Shown one piece after another: positions 20,596-31,651 of a stretch of 64,000 nt of DNA. A model generated the notes under the pieces. It was given only the letters and a program-made list of their open reading frames with translations, did no database searches and had not been told where the DNA came from. Each line of letters begins with the position of its first letter. The first letter of the stretch is position 1. The stretch comes from an uncultured beta proteobacterium (lineage in GTDB: Bacteria > Pseudomonadota > Gammaproteobacteria > Burkholderiales > Burkholderiaceae_D). The stretch spans positions 480,461 to 544,460 of the forward strand of contig OW818641.1 of assembly GCA_942492925.1 (NCBI GenBank), read 5' to 3'. Position numbers and translations under genes: made by a program.

Positions 20596-22140
20596 ATGCT
20601 CGACGCCAATTTACAAACTCAGCTCAAATCCTATCTCGCCAATCTCAGGCGGCAGGTGGATATCACCGCGTACGTGGATGACGGCGAGGCATCCCGCGAG
20701 ATGCTTTCCATGCTGAAAGAGATTGCCGCATTGACGGACAAGATCGCCATCACCGAAAAGCGCGATCTTGCCGAACGCGTGCCGTCATTCAGGATAACGC
20801 ATGTCGGTGGCGGAAAGGGCGTGACGTTTGCCGGCATTCCGATGGGGCATGAGTTCACGTCGCTGGTCTTGGCGCTGTTGCACATCGGCGGACATCCTCC
20901 GGTAATCGAAGACCGGCAGCTTGTGCAAATCCGAGCGCTGTCTGAGCCATTGCATTTTGAAACCTACATTTCACTGTCCTGCCACAACTGTCCGGAAGTG
21001 GTGCAGGCACTGAATACGATGGCTGCACTGAATCCGGTGATATCGAATGTGATGATTGACGGCGCGTTCTTTCAGGATGAAGTCAAGCAACGCGGCATCT
21101 TGTCTGTGCCAATGATTTATTTGAACGGTCAGGCGTTCGGGCAAGGGCGCATGACGCTGGAAGAAATTCTCGCGAAAGTCGATACCGAATCGGTGGCGCG
21201 CACGGCACAAGTGCTGGCAGACAAGCCGCCTTACGATGTGCTGGTGATCGGCGGCGGTCCCGCGGGCGCATCTGCCGCGATCTACGCGGCGCGAAAAGGC
21301 ATCCGTACGGGGTTGGTGGCGGAACGATTCGGCGGACAGGTGCTCGATACGCTGGCCATCGAAAATCTGATTTCAGTCAAAGAAACCGATGGCCCGAAGC
21401 TGGCGGCCGCGCTTGAGCAGAATGTGAAAAGCGTCAACGTCGATGTCATGAATCTGCAGCGCGTTAGGGCGCTGGTGCCCGGCGACCAGATTGAAATCAA
21501 ACTGGAAAGCGGCGCTTCGCTGAAAGCGAAGACCGTGATCCTTGCGCCGGGCGCGCGCTGGCGCGAACTGGATGTTCCCGGTGAGCGCGAATATCGTGGC
21601 AGGGGCGTGGCCTATTGTCCGCACTGCGACGGGCCGTTGTTCAAGGGCAAGCGGGTTGCCGTGGTTGGCGGCGGCAACTCTGCAGCGGAAGCCACCATTG
21701 ATCTGGCGGGTATCGTGGAACACGTGACCGTGATGATTCGCGGAGAGGAACTGCGCGCGGACAAAGTGCTGCGCGAAAAAATGCTCAATCTGCCCAACGT
21801 GAGCTTGATCAGGCAGGCAACGTTTCATGAAATCACGGGCGATGGATCGAAAGTCACTGGATTGTCATACAGCGTTGCCAAGGCAAGCGAGAAAAAACTT
21901 CTGGAACTCGAAGGTGTCTTCGTGCAGATTGGATTGATTCCCAACACGGCTTGGCTGGGAGGCACGGTGAGGCTCAATGAATGGGGCGAGATCGTGGTGG
22001 ACAGTCGGGCAAACACTTCAGTGTCGGGGGTGTTTGCAGCGGGCGACGCCACGAATTCTCCCTTCAAGCAAATCATTATCGCGATGGGAGATGGTGCCAA
22101 GGCCTCGCTGAGTGCTTTCGAGCATTTGATGCGTCATTAA
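20596..22140 (+). CDS. ahpF: Alkyl hydroperoxide reductase subunit F
   Basis: 514 aa with an N-terminal thioredoxin-like CHNC, the FAD site [10 protein letters not shown], the redox-active CPHCDG and the NAD site GGGNSAAE. Confidence 0.96.
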   Translation: MLDANLQTQLKSYLANLRRQVDITAYVDDGEASREMLSMLKEIAALTDKIAITEKRDLAERVPSFRITHVGGGKGVTFAGIPMGHEFTSLVLALLHIGGHPPVIEDRQLVQIRALSEPLHFETYISLSCHNCPEVVQALNTMAALNPVISNVMIDGAFFQDEVKQRGILSVPMIYLNGQAFGQGRMTLEEILAKVDTESVARTAQVLADKPPYDVLVIGGGPAGASAAIYAARKGIRTGLVAERFGGQVLDTLAIENLISVKETDGPKLAAALEQNVKSVNVDVMNLQRVRALVPGDQIEIKLESGASLKAKTVILAPGARWRELDVPGEREYRGRGVAYCPHCDGPLFKGKRVAVVGGGNSAAEATIDLAGIVEHVTVMIRGEELRADKVLREKMLNLPNVSLIRQATFHEITGDGSKVTGLSYSVAKASEKKLLELEGVFVQIGLIPNTAWLGGTVRLNEWGEIVVDSRANTSVSGVFAAGDATNSPFKQIIIAMGDGAKASLSAFEHLMRH

Positions 22141-22175
22141 AGGGCCAGACCAATCTATCTGGCCCCTTACGGCAT

Positions 22176-22346
22176 CGCTCTCAACTTCTCCCCAGGCTGA
22201 TCGAGCTGGAATTGACGGAGTCCATCATGATCGGTAACCTTGAGAAAGTGCTGAAGACCGTGCGTCGTCTTAGAATGCATGGCGTCGGGTATTCCGCGAA
22301 GCCCGTGGATGCGAAACAGTTCGGCGAGTATCTGAACCGAACCTGA
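22176..22346 (+). pseudogene. Remnant of an EAL-domain (c-di-GMP phosphodiesterase) gene carrying a large internal deletion
   Basis: The translation is ...LIELELTESIMIGNLEKVLKTVRRLRMHGV|GYSAKPVDAKQFGEYL*. The EAL start motif (ELE.TES) is joined directly to the EAL C-terminal (Q)GY.FSKPV motif. There is no plausible start codon or N-terminus. Confidence 0.55.
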
Positions 22347-22354
22347 AAAAAGAG

Positions 22355-23473
22355 TTACAGCAAAACGAGATTGTCGCGGTGGACAAGTTCCTGGTCGCCC
22401 GCGTAACCCAGGATCGATTCGATTTCGGATGACTGGTGACGCATGACAAGGCGCGCTTCCGCGCTGGAGTAATTCGTTAAGCCTCGCGCGATCTCGCGGC
22501 CGCTTTCGTCCGTGAGTGTAATTACTTCGCCGCGTCCGAATTCGCCCTCGACGGCGGTCACACCAATCGGCAACAGCGATTTGCCTTCGTCGCATACTTT
22601 GCGCGTGGCACCGGAGTCCAGTACCACACGACCCGCTGTGTGAAGATGGTCGGCCATCCATTGCTTGCGCGCGGTCAGATGACCGGTTGGCGCGAGAAGT
22701 TGCGACCCGATGATTTCGCCAGCGGCCAGACGCGACAGCACGTTTTCTTCGCGTCCCCACGCAATCACGGTATGCGCGCCAGAACTGGCGGCGCGCTTGG
22801 CAGCCAGCACTTTCGTCAGCATGCCGCCACGACCAATATTGGATCCGCTACCGCCCGCCATCGCTTCGAGCGACGCATCGCCCGCTTGCGCATTCTGGAT
22901 GAGAGTTGCATTCGGGTCCTTGCGCGGATCGGCGCTGTAAAGGCCGCGCTGATCGGTAAGGATGATGAGCGCCTCTGCTTCGATGAGATTGGCGACGAGT
23001 GCGCCGAGTGTGTCGTTGTCACCGAACTTGATTTCATCGGTAACAACGGTATCGTTTTCATTGATGATCGGCACCACACCCAGTTCAAGCAGTGTGAACA
23101 GCGTGGAGCGCGCATTCAGATAGCGCTCGCGGTCTGCCAGATCGGCATGGGTCAGTAATACTTGCGCGGTACGAATGTTGTGAACGCGAAAGCTGGTTTC
23201 ATAAATTTGCACCAGTCCCATTTGGCCGACGGCGGCGCAGGCTTGCAGTTCGTGGATGCCGGTCGGGCGTTTTTCAAACCCCAGACGCTGCATGCCTTCG
23301 GCGATGGCGCCGGAACTGACCAGCACGACTTCCTTGCCGAGCGTGCGCAGATGCGCAATCTGTTCGGCCCACTTGGCGATGGCGGCATGATCGAGGCCTT
23401 TGCCGTCATTGGTGACCAGGGTCGAGCCGACCTTGATAATGACGCGCTTCGCTTTCTGGATAACCGATTTCAT
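22355..23473 (-). CDS. proB: Glutamate 5-kinase
   Basis: 372 aa from [21 protein letters not shown]... comprising a kinase domain and a PUA domain. Confidence 0.95.
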   Translation of the reverse strand: MKSVIQKAKRVIIKVGSTLVTNDGKGLDHAAIAKWAEQIAHLRTLGKEVVLVSSGAIAEGMQRLGFEKRPTGIHELQACAAVGQMGLVQIYETSFRVHNIRTAQVLLTHADLADRERYLNARSTLFTLLELGVVPIINENDTVVTDEIKFGDNDTLGALVANLIEAEALIILTDQRGLYSADPRKDPNATLIQNAQAGDASLEAMAGGSGSNIGRGGMLTKVLAAKRAASSGAHTVIAWGREENVLSRLAAGEIIGSQLLAPTGHLTARKQWMADHLHTAGRVVLDSGATRKVCDEGKSLLPIGVTAVEGEFGRGEVITLTDESGREIARGLTNYSSAEARLVMRHQSSEIESILGYAGDQELVHRDNLVLL

Positions 23474-23492
23474 GCTGTGTGTGAAGGTGGTT

Positions 23493-24647
<1,155 letters not shown>

Positions 24648-24694
24648 TCAGGCAGAGCCTTTCTATGGAAGGCTTGCGCCTTGAATGTTACTGC

Positions 24695-24952
24695 TTATGC
24701 CGGGACGACCGTCGCAAAGCGTTTGCCGCCTTCGCCTTTGACAACGAATTTCACCGTGCCATTGACCAGCGCGAACAGGGTGTGATCCTTGCCGCAACCG
24801 ACGTTTTCACCTGCTGCAATTTTGGTCCCGCGTTGACGAACGATGATGCTACCTGCATTGATGGCTTCACCGCCATAAACCTTGGTGCCCAAACGTTTTG
24901 CCTGTGAATCGCGGCCGTTGCGCGTAGTGCCGCCGCCTTTTTTGTGTGCCAT
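24695..24952 (-). CDS. rpmA: 50S ribosomal protein L27
   Basis: [25 protein letters not shown]... Confidence 0.98.
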   Translation of the reverse strand: MAHKKGGGTTRNGRDSQAKRLGTKVYGGEAINAGSIIVRQRGTKIAAGENVGCGKDHTLFALVNGTVKFVVKGEGGKRFATVVPA

Positions 24953-24988
24953 GTCTGACTCCTGTGTTCCAGTGGGATCGGCCAGCGC

Positions 24989-25300
24989 TTACGCGTTGAT
25001 CGAAACGATTTGCAATTCGGTATAGTTTTGGCGATGGCCTTGGCGCTTTTGATAGTGCTTGCGGCGACGCATCTTGAAAATCTTTACCTTGTCGTGGCGA
25101 CCCTGCGCCAACACCGTAGCTTGAACCGTTGCACCATCAACCAGCGGAGCACCAAATTTTATGGTGTCGCCTGCGCCCACTGCGAGCACTTGATCAATCG
25201 TGATTTCGGATCCAATGTCTGCCGGTATCTGTTCTACTTTTAATTTTTCACCAGCGACAACCTTATATTGTTTGCCACCGGTTTTTATGACCGCGTACAT
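24989..25300 (-). CDS. rplU: 50S ribosomal protein L21
   Basis: 103 aa starting [19 protein letters not shown]. The upstream in-frame extension to 25384 is not L21-like. Confidence 0.97.
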   Translation of the reverse strand: MYAVIKTGGKQYKVVAGEKLKVEQIPADIGSEITIDQVLAVGAGDTIKFGAPLVDGATVQATVLAQGRHDKVKIFKMRRRKHYQKRQGHRQNYTELQIVSINA

Positions 25301-25598
25301 GAGAAACCTCATCGAAAATGAATGAAAGAAAATTTCTTCTCCCGCCTCTTCCGCAATTTGCGACCCGAAACGGGAAAACCCCAAATTATACAGATACTTG
25401 GCAATGGAGTCAAAACCGGCTGTGCGGGCAAAAGGAGGGGGTGACCGGGGCCGATGTGAGGGAAGTATGCCTTGCCAACAGGGGTGGCGTTTGGAGAAAG
25501 CGCAAACGATGTTCGAAGGATAAGTTTGTGTGTTCCAGGGCGGTTGCGGGGGTTAAATCAGTAGTTGCTTTGCTAAAAATCCGCGATAATCCGGCTCC

Positions 25599-27149
25599 AT
25601 GAACCTCTTAAAGACGCTGGCGACCATTTCCGGTTTGACAATGTTGTCGCGTATCACCGGCTTAATTCGCGAGTTCCTGATTGCCCGGGCCTTTGGTGCC
25701 TCGGCTTTCACGGATGCCTTTTTTGTCGCGTTTCGCATCCCGAACCTCTTGCGCCGCCTCTTTGCCGAAGGGGCGTTTTCCCAGGCTTTCGTGCCGATTC
25801 TGGCGGAATACAAGAACCAGCAAGGCGATCAAGCGGCCAAAAAGCTGATTGATCATGTCGCTTCAGCTTTGGTCTGGGTGTTGCTGCTGACCTGCGTTTT
25901 GGGGATAGTGGGCGCTTCCTGGGTGGTCTATGCTATTGCCACGGGATTGCAATCTAACGCCCATGCGTTTTCTGCCGCAGTCTGGATGACGCGCATCATG
26001 TTCCCCTACATTCTGTTCATGTCGTTGGTGGCGCTGGCTGGCGGGGTGCTGAACACCTGGCGCGAGTTCAAAATTCCGGCCTTTACCCCGGTGCTGCTGA
26101 ATCTATCCTTTATCGTTGCCGCCCTGTTTTTGGCGCCGCACATGGCGCAGCCCGTGTATGCACTGGCTATTGCCGTTTTCATTGGCGGCGTGTTACAGGT
26201 CGGGATACAAGTGCCTGCGCTGATGAAAATCGGCATGCTGCCGCGCTTTTCTTTTAACCCGCTGGCACCTTTCCGCGACGCGGGCGTGCGGCGTGTGCTC
26301 AAGCAAATGCTGCCGGCGACCTTTGCGGTGTCCGTCGCGCAAATCAGTCTGATGATCAACACCAACATCGCGTCGCGATTGGCGAAGGGCAGCGTGTCCT
26401 GGCTGTCGTACGCGGATCGTCTGATGGAATTTCCCTCGGCGTTGCTGGGCGTGGCGCTGGGGACCATTTTGCTGCCGAGCTTGTCCAAAGCCAATTCAGA
26501 CGGCGATGCCGAGGAATATTCGTCCCTGCTCGACTGGGGGTTGCGGCTGACTTTCCTGCTGGCTTTGCCGGCGGCTGTGATGTTGCTGACGATTGCCACC
26601 CCATTGACGGCGGTGCTCTTCCATTACGGGAAGTTCAACGCACACGATGTAAGCATGACGAGCCACGCCGTGGTCGCTTACGGGGTGGGGTTGATCGGCT
26701 TGATTTTGGTGCGCATTCTCGCGCCGGGCTTTTATGCGAAGCAGGATATCAAGACGCCGGTGAAAATCGCGATTGGCGTGCTCATTGCAACGCAATTAAT
26801 GAATCTGTTGTTTGTGCCGCTCATCGATCACGCGGGATTGTCCTTGGCCATCGGTTTGGGCGCCTGTATCAATGCCGGGTTCCTGTTCTGGGGGTTGCGG
26901 CGGCGCGGGATTTACACGCCGGGAAAGGGTTGGCAACTGTTCTTTGTTAAGTTGACGGGCGCGCTATTCTTGCTGGCCGGGGTTGCGCTGTGGGTGGCGG
27001 GACGATTTGATTGGATGGCTTTGCAGGCCGAACCGATGAAGCGGGTGGGTGTCGTGTGCGTCTTGTTAGGGGCGTGCGGCGTCGTTTATTTTGGCGCCTT
27101 GCTCGTGATGGGGTTTCGACCCAAAGACTTCAAGCGCACCGTGTCCTGA
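25599..27149 (+). CDS. murJ: Lipid II flippase MurJ (MviN)
   Basis: 516 aa starting MNLLKTLATISGLTMLSRITGLIREFLIARAFGAS..TDAFFVAFRIPN.LRRLFAEGAFSQAFVP. Confidence 0.95.
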   Translation: MNLLKTLATISGLTMLSRITGLIREFLIARAFGASAFTDAFFVAFRIPNLLRRLFAEGAFSQAFVPILAEYKNQQGDQAAKKLIDHVASALVWVLLLTCVLGIVGASWVVYAIATGLQSNAHAFSAAVWMTRIMFPYILFMSLVALAGGVLNTWREFKIPAFTPVLLNLSFIVAALFLAPHMAQPVYALAIAVFIGGVLQVGIQVPALMKIGMLPRFSFNPLAPFRDAGVRRVLKQMLPATFAVSVAQISLMINTNIASRLAKGSVSWLSYADRLMEFPSALLGVALGTILLPSLSKANSDGDAEEYSSLLDWGLRLTFLLALPAAVMLLTIATPLTAVLFHYGKFNAHDVSMTSHAVVAYGVGLIGLILVRILAPGFYAKQDIKTPVKIAIGVLIATQLMNLLFVPLIDHAGLSLAIGLGACINAGFLFWGLRRRGIYTPGKGWQLFFVKLTGALFLLAGVALWVAGRFDWMALQAEPMKRVGVVCVLLGACGVVYFGALLVMGFRPKDFKRTVS

Positions 27150-27492
27150 ACGCTTTCCCATAACGGCACAAAAAATCATCAGGGAAAGTTCCGAGGGGGC
27201 GCCTTGGCACGAGCGATCCAGCGATAGCCCGATTCAATAGAGGTGGCGATCAGAGAGGCTTGCCTGGCGGATACACTTCCCTGCGTGCTTTGCCTTTGGC
27301 CTGGGGCCCTGCAATCGACACTGACCCGGTTTGCGTGACTGGCCCAACCCGAAACGTACCTTCCCCCAACTGCAAAAAATAAAGGCATTTCATGCCGATC
27401 ATCCCGCCACACAAGACGCCCGGTCTTTTTGTGGTGGACTGTGGCCAAACGCGCCTGTTTTTCGGATTTCAAGCCAGCGAAGATCTGGCAAC

Positions 27493-27506
27493 TTGACCTA
27501 AGTCAA
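27493..27506. promoter_or_regulatory. Crp/Fnr-type palindromic box TTGAC-CTAA-GTCAA upstream of oxc
   Basis: It is a perfect inverted repeat with a TTGA-N6-TCAA core, centred about 110 bp upstream of the oxc ATG. The same half-sites occur twice in the Crp/Fnr-frc intergenic region. Confidence 0.6.
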
Positions 27507-27608
27507 TCGAGCTTTTGCGTTCCATGCGGCATACTTGCAGAGCACTACGCCTTTTATTAATAAAAGCACCCAGCGTTTCAACAATCACTGAGAAGAGAGG
27601 ATCCTCTT

Positions 27609-29318
27609 ATGAGTAACGAGAAAGAAGTAGAATTGGTCGACGCATTTTATATGTTGATCGAAAGCCTGAAAAATAACGGCATCAAAAACATCTTTGGTAT
27701 TCCTGGTATTCCAATCACGGCGCTGACCCGTTCCTGGCAGGCTGACGGTGGCAAATACTTTGGTTTCCGTCACGAAACCAGTGCCGCAATGGCAGCAGGT
27801 GCCTCTGGTTATCTGACGGGCGTACCGGGTGTCTGCTTGACCACCCCGGCTCCTGGCTTCTTGAACGGCTTGAATGGTGCTGCTAATGCCACCCAGAACG
27901 GCTGGCCGATGCTTCTGTTGAGCGGCGCCGCTGGCCGTCGTGATACCGACCTGCAAAAGGGCGCATTCGAGGAAATGGATCAGCTGAACGCTGCACGTCA
28001 GCACACGAAGGGATCCTTCCGCGTTAACCATATCGAAGACCTCCCAATCGCAATCGCTCGCGCAGTGCGTTTGGCTGTTTCTGGCCGTCCGGGCGCTGTA
28101 TACATCGACCTGACCCACGAAATGCTGACCGGCACCTTGGCAATGGACAAGGCTCAACAACTGCTGTTCAAGCCTGTTGACCCGACACCGAAGCAACCGG
28201 CTGATCCGGCAGCTATCGCACGCGCTGTTGGCCTGCTCAAAGGCGCGAAGAAGCCAATTATCCTGTTGGGTAAGGGCGCTGCTTATGCACAATGTGACGC
28301 TGCCATCAAGTCCCTGGTAGAAGATACCGGTATCCCGTTCCTGCCGATGTCCATGGCAAAAGGCTTGATCTCGGACGCCCACCCGCTGAACGCTGGCCCG
28401 GCACGTTCCTACGTTCTGCCGGAATGCGACGTTTGCTTGATCATTGGCGCTCGCCTGAACTGGCTGCTCGGCAATGGTAAGGGCGCAACCTGGGGTAACC
28501 AACTGAAGAAATTCATTCAGGTTGAAATCAAAGCCGACGAAATCGACAGCAACGTAGCGATCGCTGCACCGGTAGTTGGTGATATCGCTTCCGTTGTGGA
28601 TCAATTGCGCGCAGGCCTGAAAGGCATGCCGAAAGCTGACGCTGCATGGGTGAGCGGTATCCAGTCCCGCGTGGAAGCAAGCAAGGAAAAACTGGCGCCG
28701 ACTCTCAAGAAAGAGACCGCACCGGGCATGATGAACTATCGCAATTCCTTGGGCGCTGTTCGTGACGTTCTGGCCAAATATCCGGAGACCATCCTGATTA
28801 ACGAAGGCGCGAACGCACTCGACAACACCCGTATGATTGTTGACCAGTATCTGCCGCGCAAGCGTATCGACACCGCAACCTGGGGCATCATGGGTATGGG
28901 TATGGGTTCCGCGATCGGCGCAACGGTTGCTACCGGTAACAGCGTTGTTGCGATTGAAGGTGACTCCGCGTTCGGCTTCTCCGGCATGGAAGTAGAAACC
29001 ATGTGCCGTTACAAGCTGCCGATTACCGTTGTTATCATGAACAACGGCGGTATCTACAAGGGTAACGAGGAAAACTCCGGTGGTTTCGACGATCCGTCGA
29101 TCTCCAGCTTCACGCCGGGCGCACGCTACGACATGATGATGACGGCATTCGGTGGTGTTGGTGTTTCCGTTGACACGCCGGCTGCACTGGCTAAGGCTCT
29201 GGAAGAAGGCATCAAGTCCCGCAAGCCGACCCTGATCAACGCTATCATCGATCCGGATTCAGGTGTTGAATCTGGCCGTATCGCTAGCTTGAACATCGAG
29301 CGCAAGAAGAAGGCCTAA
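27609..29318 (+). CDS. oxc: Oxalyl-CoA decarboxylase (ThDP-dependent)
   Basis: 569 aa. The N-terminus MSNEKEVELVDAFYMLIESLK.NGI... and ...QKGAFEEMDQLNAAR...SGRPGAVYIDL are collinear with Oxalobacter formigenes Oxc as I remember it. The ThDP motif GDSAFGFSGMEVET...NN is present. Confidence 0.93.
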   Translation: MSNEKEVELVDAFYMLIESLKNNGIKNIFGIPGIPITALTRSWQADGGKYFGFRHETSAAMAAGASGYLTGVPGVCLTTPAPGFLNGLNGAANATQNGWPMLLLSGAAGRRDTDLQKGAFEEMDQLNAARQHTKGSFRVNHIEDLPIAIARAVRLAVSGRPGAVYIDLTHEMLTGTLAMDKAQQLLFKPVDPTPKQPADPAAIARAVGLLKGAKKPIILLGKGAAYAQCDAAIKSLVEDTGIPFLPMSMAKGLISDAHPLNAGPARSYVLPECDVCLIIGARLNWLLGNGKGATWGNQLKKFIQVEIKADEIDSNVAIAAPVVGDIASVVDQLRAGLKGMPKADAAWVSGIQSRVEASKEKLAPTLKKETAPGMMNYRNSLGAVRDVLAKYPETILINEGANALDNTRMIVDQYLPRKRIDTATWGIMGMGMGSAIGATVATGNSVVAIEGDSAFGFSGMEVETMCRYKLPITVVIMNNGGIYKGNEENSGGFDDPSISSFTPGARYDMMMTAFGGVGVSVDTPAALAKALEEGIKSRKPTLINAIIDPDSGVESGRIASLNIERKKKA

Positions 29319-29379
29319 GCAATTAGCGCCGACGGAAGCTGAACTGGTCTGACCAGAGAGTTTCCGGCTAGCAGGTTAT

Positions 29380-29419
29380 GCCCCCTGAGTGAAAGCTCAG
29401 GGGGCGTTGTTATTTTGTG
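29380..29419 (+). terminator. Rho-independent terminator after oxc
   Basis: GCCCCCTGAG-TGAAAG-CTCAGGGGGC is followed by GTTGTTATTTTG. Confidence 0.8.
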
Positions 29420-29437
29420 GCAGTGTATTGTTGCGCA

Positions 29438-29470
29438 TAAAAAAACCGGAACTGCAGTTCCGGTTTTTTA
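29438..29470. terminator. Bidirectional terminator between oxc and the convergent 365-aa gene
   Basis: A7-CCGGAAC-TGCA-GTTCCGG-T6. Confidence 0.85.
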
Positions 29471-29507
29471 TCGAACAAACAGGCTCAGACCAGATTTAAT
29501 TTTCCTA

Positions 29508-30605
29508 CTATACCTGCGCGCCGAGCGCTTGATCGACCCAAGCAACGACCTGGATGGCCCAGTAGGCCCGGTCAAAATCGAAGGGCGAGTGCTCTGGGTA
29601 GGCTTCCAGCACATCCTGTTCAATCGTCACGCCGAGTGCATTGAACTTGTCTGCACTGCTGGGTTCATAGACCTGGCCGGTGGCTTTGTCGATCAACTTC
29701 AGGTTCGGCAGGATAATGAAGTTGCCGTGTCTGGTTTGGGTCGTTCCGCCGAAGGCTTTGAGAAAAGGCAGCATGACGCCTTTTTGCGTAGCTTCATACA
29801 TCCATTTGTCAAACGCCTTGATCTTGTTCAGATTGTCTTCCGACACGGGCGCGTCGGTCGCAGGCAAAGCGTTATCCAGCTTCCACAGCGTATGCGCGAA
29901 AGATGAGGGCAACACTTGCTTGTGCAGGGCCGCAGCAAATCGGTTCGGGGTGACTTTCGGATTGCCCTGGTAGCCGTGTGTCGCCAAGAGCCAGACTTCC
30001 TGCATGTGTTCTTCTTCACCATAGGACGCCAGCCCGATGGGCGCGCCCAAAGCCAGCACCGAGCGCAAATCGCCATCGACGATCCATGAGTTGCTGTTCA
30101 TGATGAATCCGGGATGAAAAATAAACACCAGATCCGGTGCGGAACGATTGATACGTGAAGCCATGTATTTGCCCAGCGTCATGGGAAAGCGCTGGGGCGC
30201 TTCAAGATTGGCGACCTTGGCCGCCATGGCAGATTTTTTTGGTTGCAAGGGGAACGCATCACCACTGAAAACCTCGGGCACATTCGGATCCAGCCCTTTG
30301 CCCACCAGATCCACCGTCACGTTCATGTCGGGCTTGCCCAAAAAGAGCGGCAAAAAACGGTACCACCGCCCTTCATCGAGCGTATCCATGCCGTGTGCTG
30401 CGCCGGCGATCACCAGATCCAGTGTGGCTTTTTCTTTCAGCGCGGGCGCGTATTCGTCTATCCACAAGGAGATGGCCGCCACCGGCGTCAGCGCATAGCG
30501 TAGCGCATCGCTCGGGAAGTTTGCCAATGATCGGCCTTGCGATGATCGGAGAAAATCGCGCAGCACATAGCGCCAGTCATTGTGGGAAGTGAGGGATTTG
30601 GTCAT
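29508..30605 (-). CDS. Hypothetical protein of 365 aa with no family recognised
   Basis: It is a long ORF with typical local codon usage and protein-like composition. It begins MTKSLTSHNDWRYVLRDFL.... No signal peptide or TM segment is obvious. Confidence 0.7.
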   Translation of the reverse strand: MTKSLTSHNDWRYVLRDFLRSSQGRSLANFPSDALRYALTPVAAISLWIDEYAPALKEKATLDLVIAGAAHGMDTLDEGRWYRFLPLFLGKPDMNVTVDLVGKGLDPNVPEVFSGDAFPLQPKKSAMAAKVANLEAPQRFPMTLGKYMASRINRSAPDLVFIFHPGFIMNSNSWIVDGDLRSVLALGAPIGLASYGEEEHMQEVWLLATHGYQGNPKVTPNRFAAALHKQVLPSSFAHTLWKLDNALPATDAPVSEDNLNKIKAFDKWMYEATQKGVMLPFLKAFGGTTQTRHGNFIILPNLKLIDKATGQVYEPSSADKFNALGVTIEQDVLEAYPEHSPFDFDRAYWAIQVVAWVDQALGAQV

Positions 30606-30648
30606 CTGCTGTCTTGGTTAGGAGACGCTTGATAGGGAAGGTGCCAAG

Positions 30649-30673
30649 GAAAAACACCCCCGGCTGGGGGTGT
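30649..30673 (-). terminator. Probable rho-independent terminator after the first alpha/beta hydrolase gene
   Basis: On the minus strand it reads ACACCCCC-AGCC-GGGGGTGT followed by TTTTT. Confidence 0.65.
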
Positions 30674-30697
30674 TTGAGGGAGTCATCACCTGAAAAC

Positions 30698-31477
30698 TTA
30701 TTTTTTCAGGGCGGCCTCAAAAAATGCCGTGATCCGCTTCTGATATCGGTCACCATAACGTTCCGTCATGGCTGCCAAGTGTCGTCCCTGTGGAATCAGC
30801 TCCAGCTCTTTCGGCTCTTTTGCCTCGGCAAACAGCTTCTCTGAGTACTCGTGCGGCATGATGCTGTCGCGCGTGCCATGGATGAGCAGGAGTGGAATGG
30901 GAGCGAGTTGGGAGACATACTTTGCGCCACAGTAGGCGTCGTCCGCCTCAAAAATGAACCCCTCGCCTGGGCGTCGATCGTCCACCATGGTGGAGTAGGA
31001 ATAAAAGGGCGATTCAACGGCAACGGCGCGCACGCCTTCCGGATTGAGCGCAGCAGCAGCAATCGCCAGTGATCCCCCCAGGCTTTGCCCAAAAATGAAA
31101 ATTTTGCTGGTGTCGATGTCGGTGCGTGAACGCAGGTAGGTGATGGCAGTTACGGCGTCGTCCAGAAGGCCCTTGGGTTCCGCCGTGCCAAAGGACTTGC
31201 CAAACCCGCGATAGTCAAAAGCGAGAACGTTATAGCCTTGATCCGGTAGCCAGCCTGCAAATTGCCAGGTCGAGGCAATGTTGCCGGAGTTGCTGTGCAT
31301 ATGGATGACGGTGCCTTTGGCTTCTTTGGGGCTGGCTACCGTGGTGGCAGGAAGAAACCAGCCGGTCAGTTGTTGACCATCCTTGCCGCTGAAGCGGACG
31401 TTTTCAAAATCGAGACCAAACCGCTCCATAGGCGTGGCGCCAAGTATGTTGTCGGGATAAAAGATGCGTCTGTACAT
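30698..31477 (-). CDS. Alpha/beta-fold serine hydrolase, the downstream copy of a tandem paralogue pair
   Basis: It has the nucleophile elbow GQSLGG, an HGTRD acid motif and His in GRHL. It begins MYRRIFYPD, parallel to MYSTFYFPD in its neighbour. The longer form starting at 31519 is possible. Confidence 0.85.
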   Translation of the reverse strand: MYRRIFYPDNILGATPMERFGLDFENVRFSGKDGQQLTGWFLPATTVASPKEAKGTVIHMHSNSGNIASTWQFAGWLPDQGYNVLAFDYRGFGKSFGTAEPKGLLDDAVTAITYLRSRTDIDTSKIFIFGQSLGGSLAIAAAALNPEGVRAVAVESPFYSYSTMVDDRRPGEGFIFEADDAYCGAKYVSQLAPIPLLLIHGTRDSIMPHEYSEKLFAEAKEPKELELIPQGRHLAAMTERYGDRYQKRITAFFEAALKK

Positions 31478-31651
31478 AATGTCGCTCAAGAAAAAAGAGG
31501 TGAAAAAACGGCAGAGCAAATGGCCCTACGGCTTATATGGCATACGTCACCATGATGGAATAACTTGGGGATTGTAGCATTTCAAAATACAGTATTGGGC
31601 TATTGGCTGGGAAGGAAATCCACATGATTTGGGGGGGATGACGCGGGAGGT

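Noticed and set aside
22167-22760. A 197-aa minus-strand ORF spanning the ahpF-proB spacer and the proB 3' end
   Set aside because: It overlaps proB out of frame and is Arg-rich. The spacer is better explained by the plus-strand EAL remnant.
27179-27472. A 97-aa minus-strand ORF in the murJ-oxc gap
   Set aside because: It has an Arg/Ala/Gly-biased composition, no RBS, no recognisable motif and an unusual start context. It was treated as non-coding.
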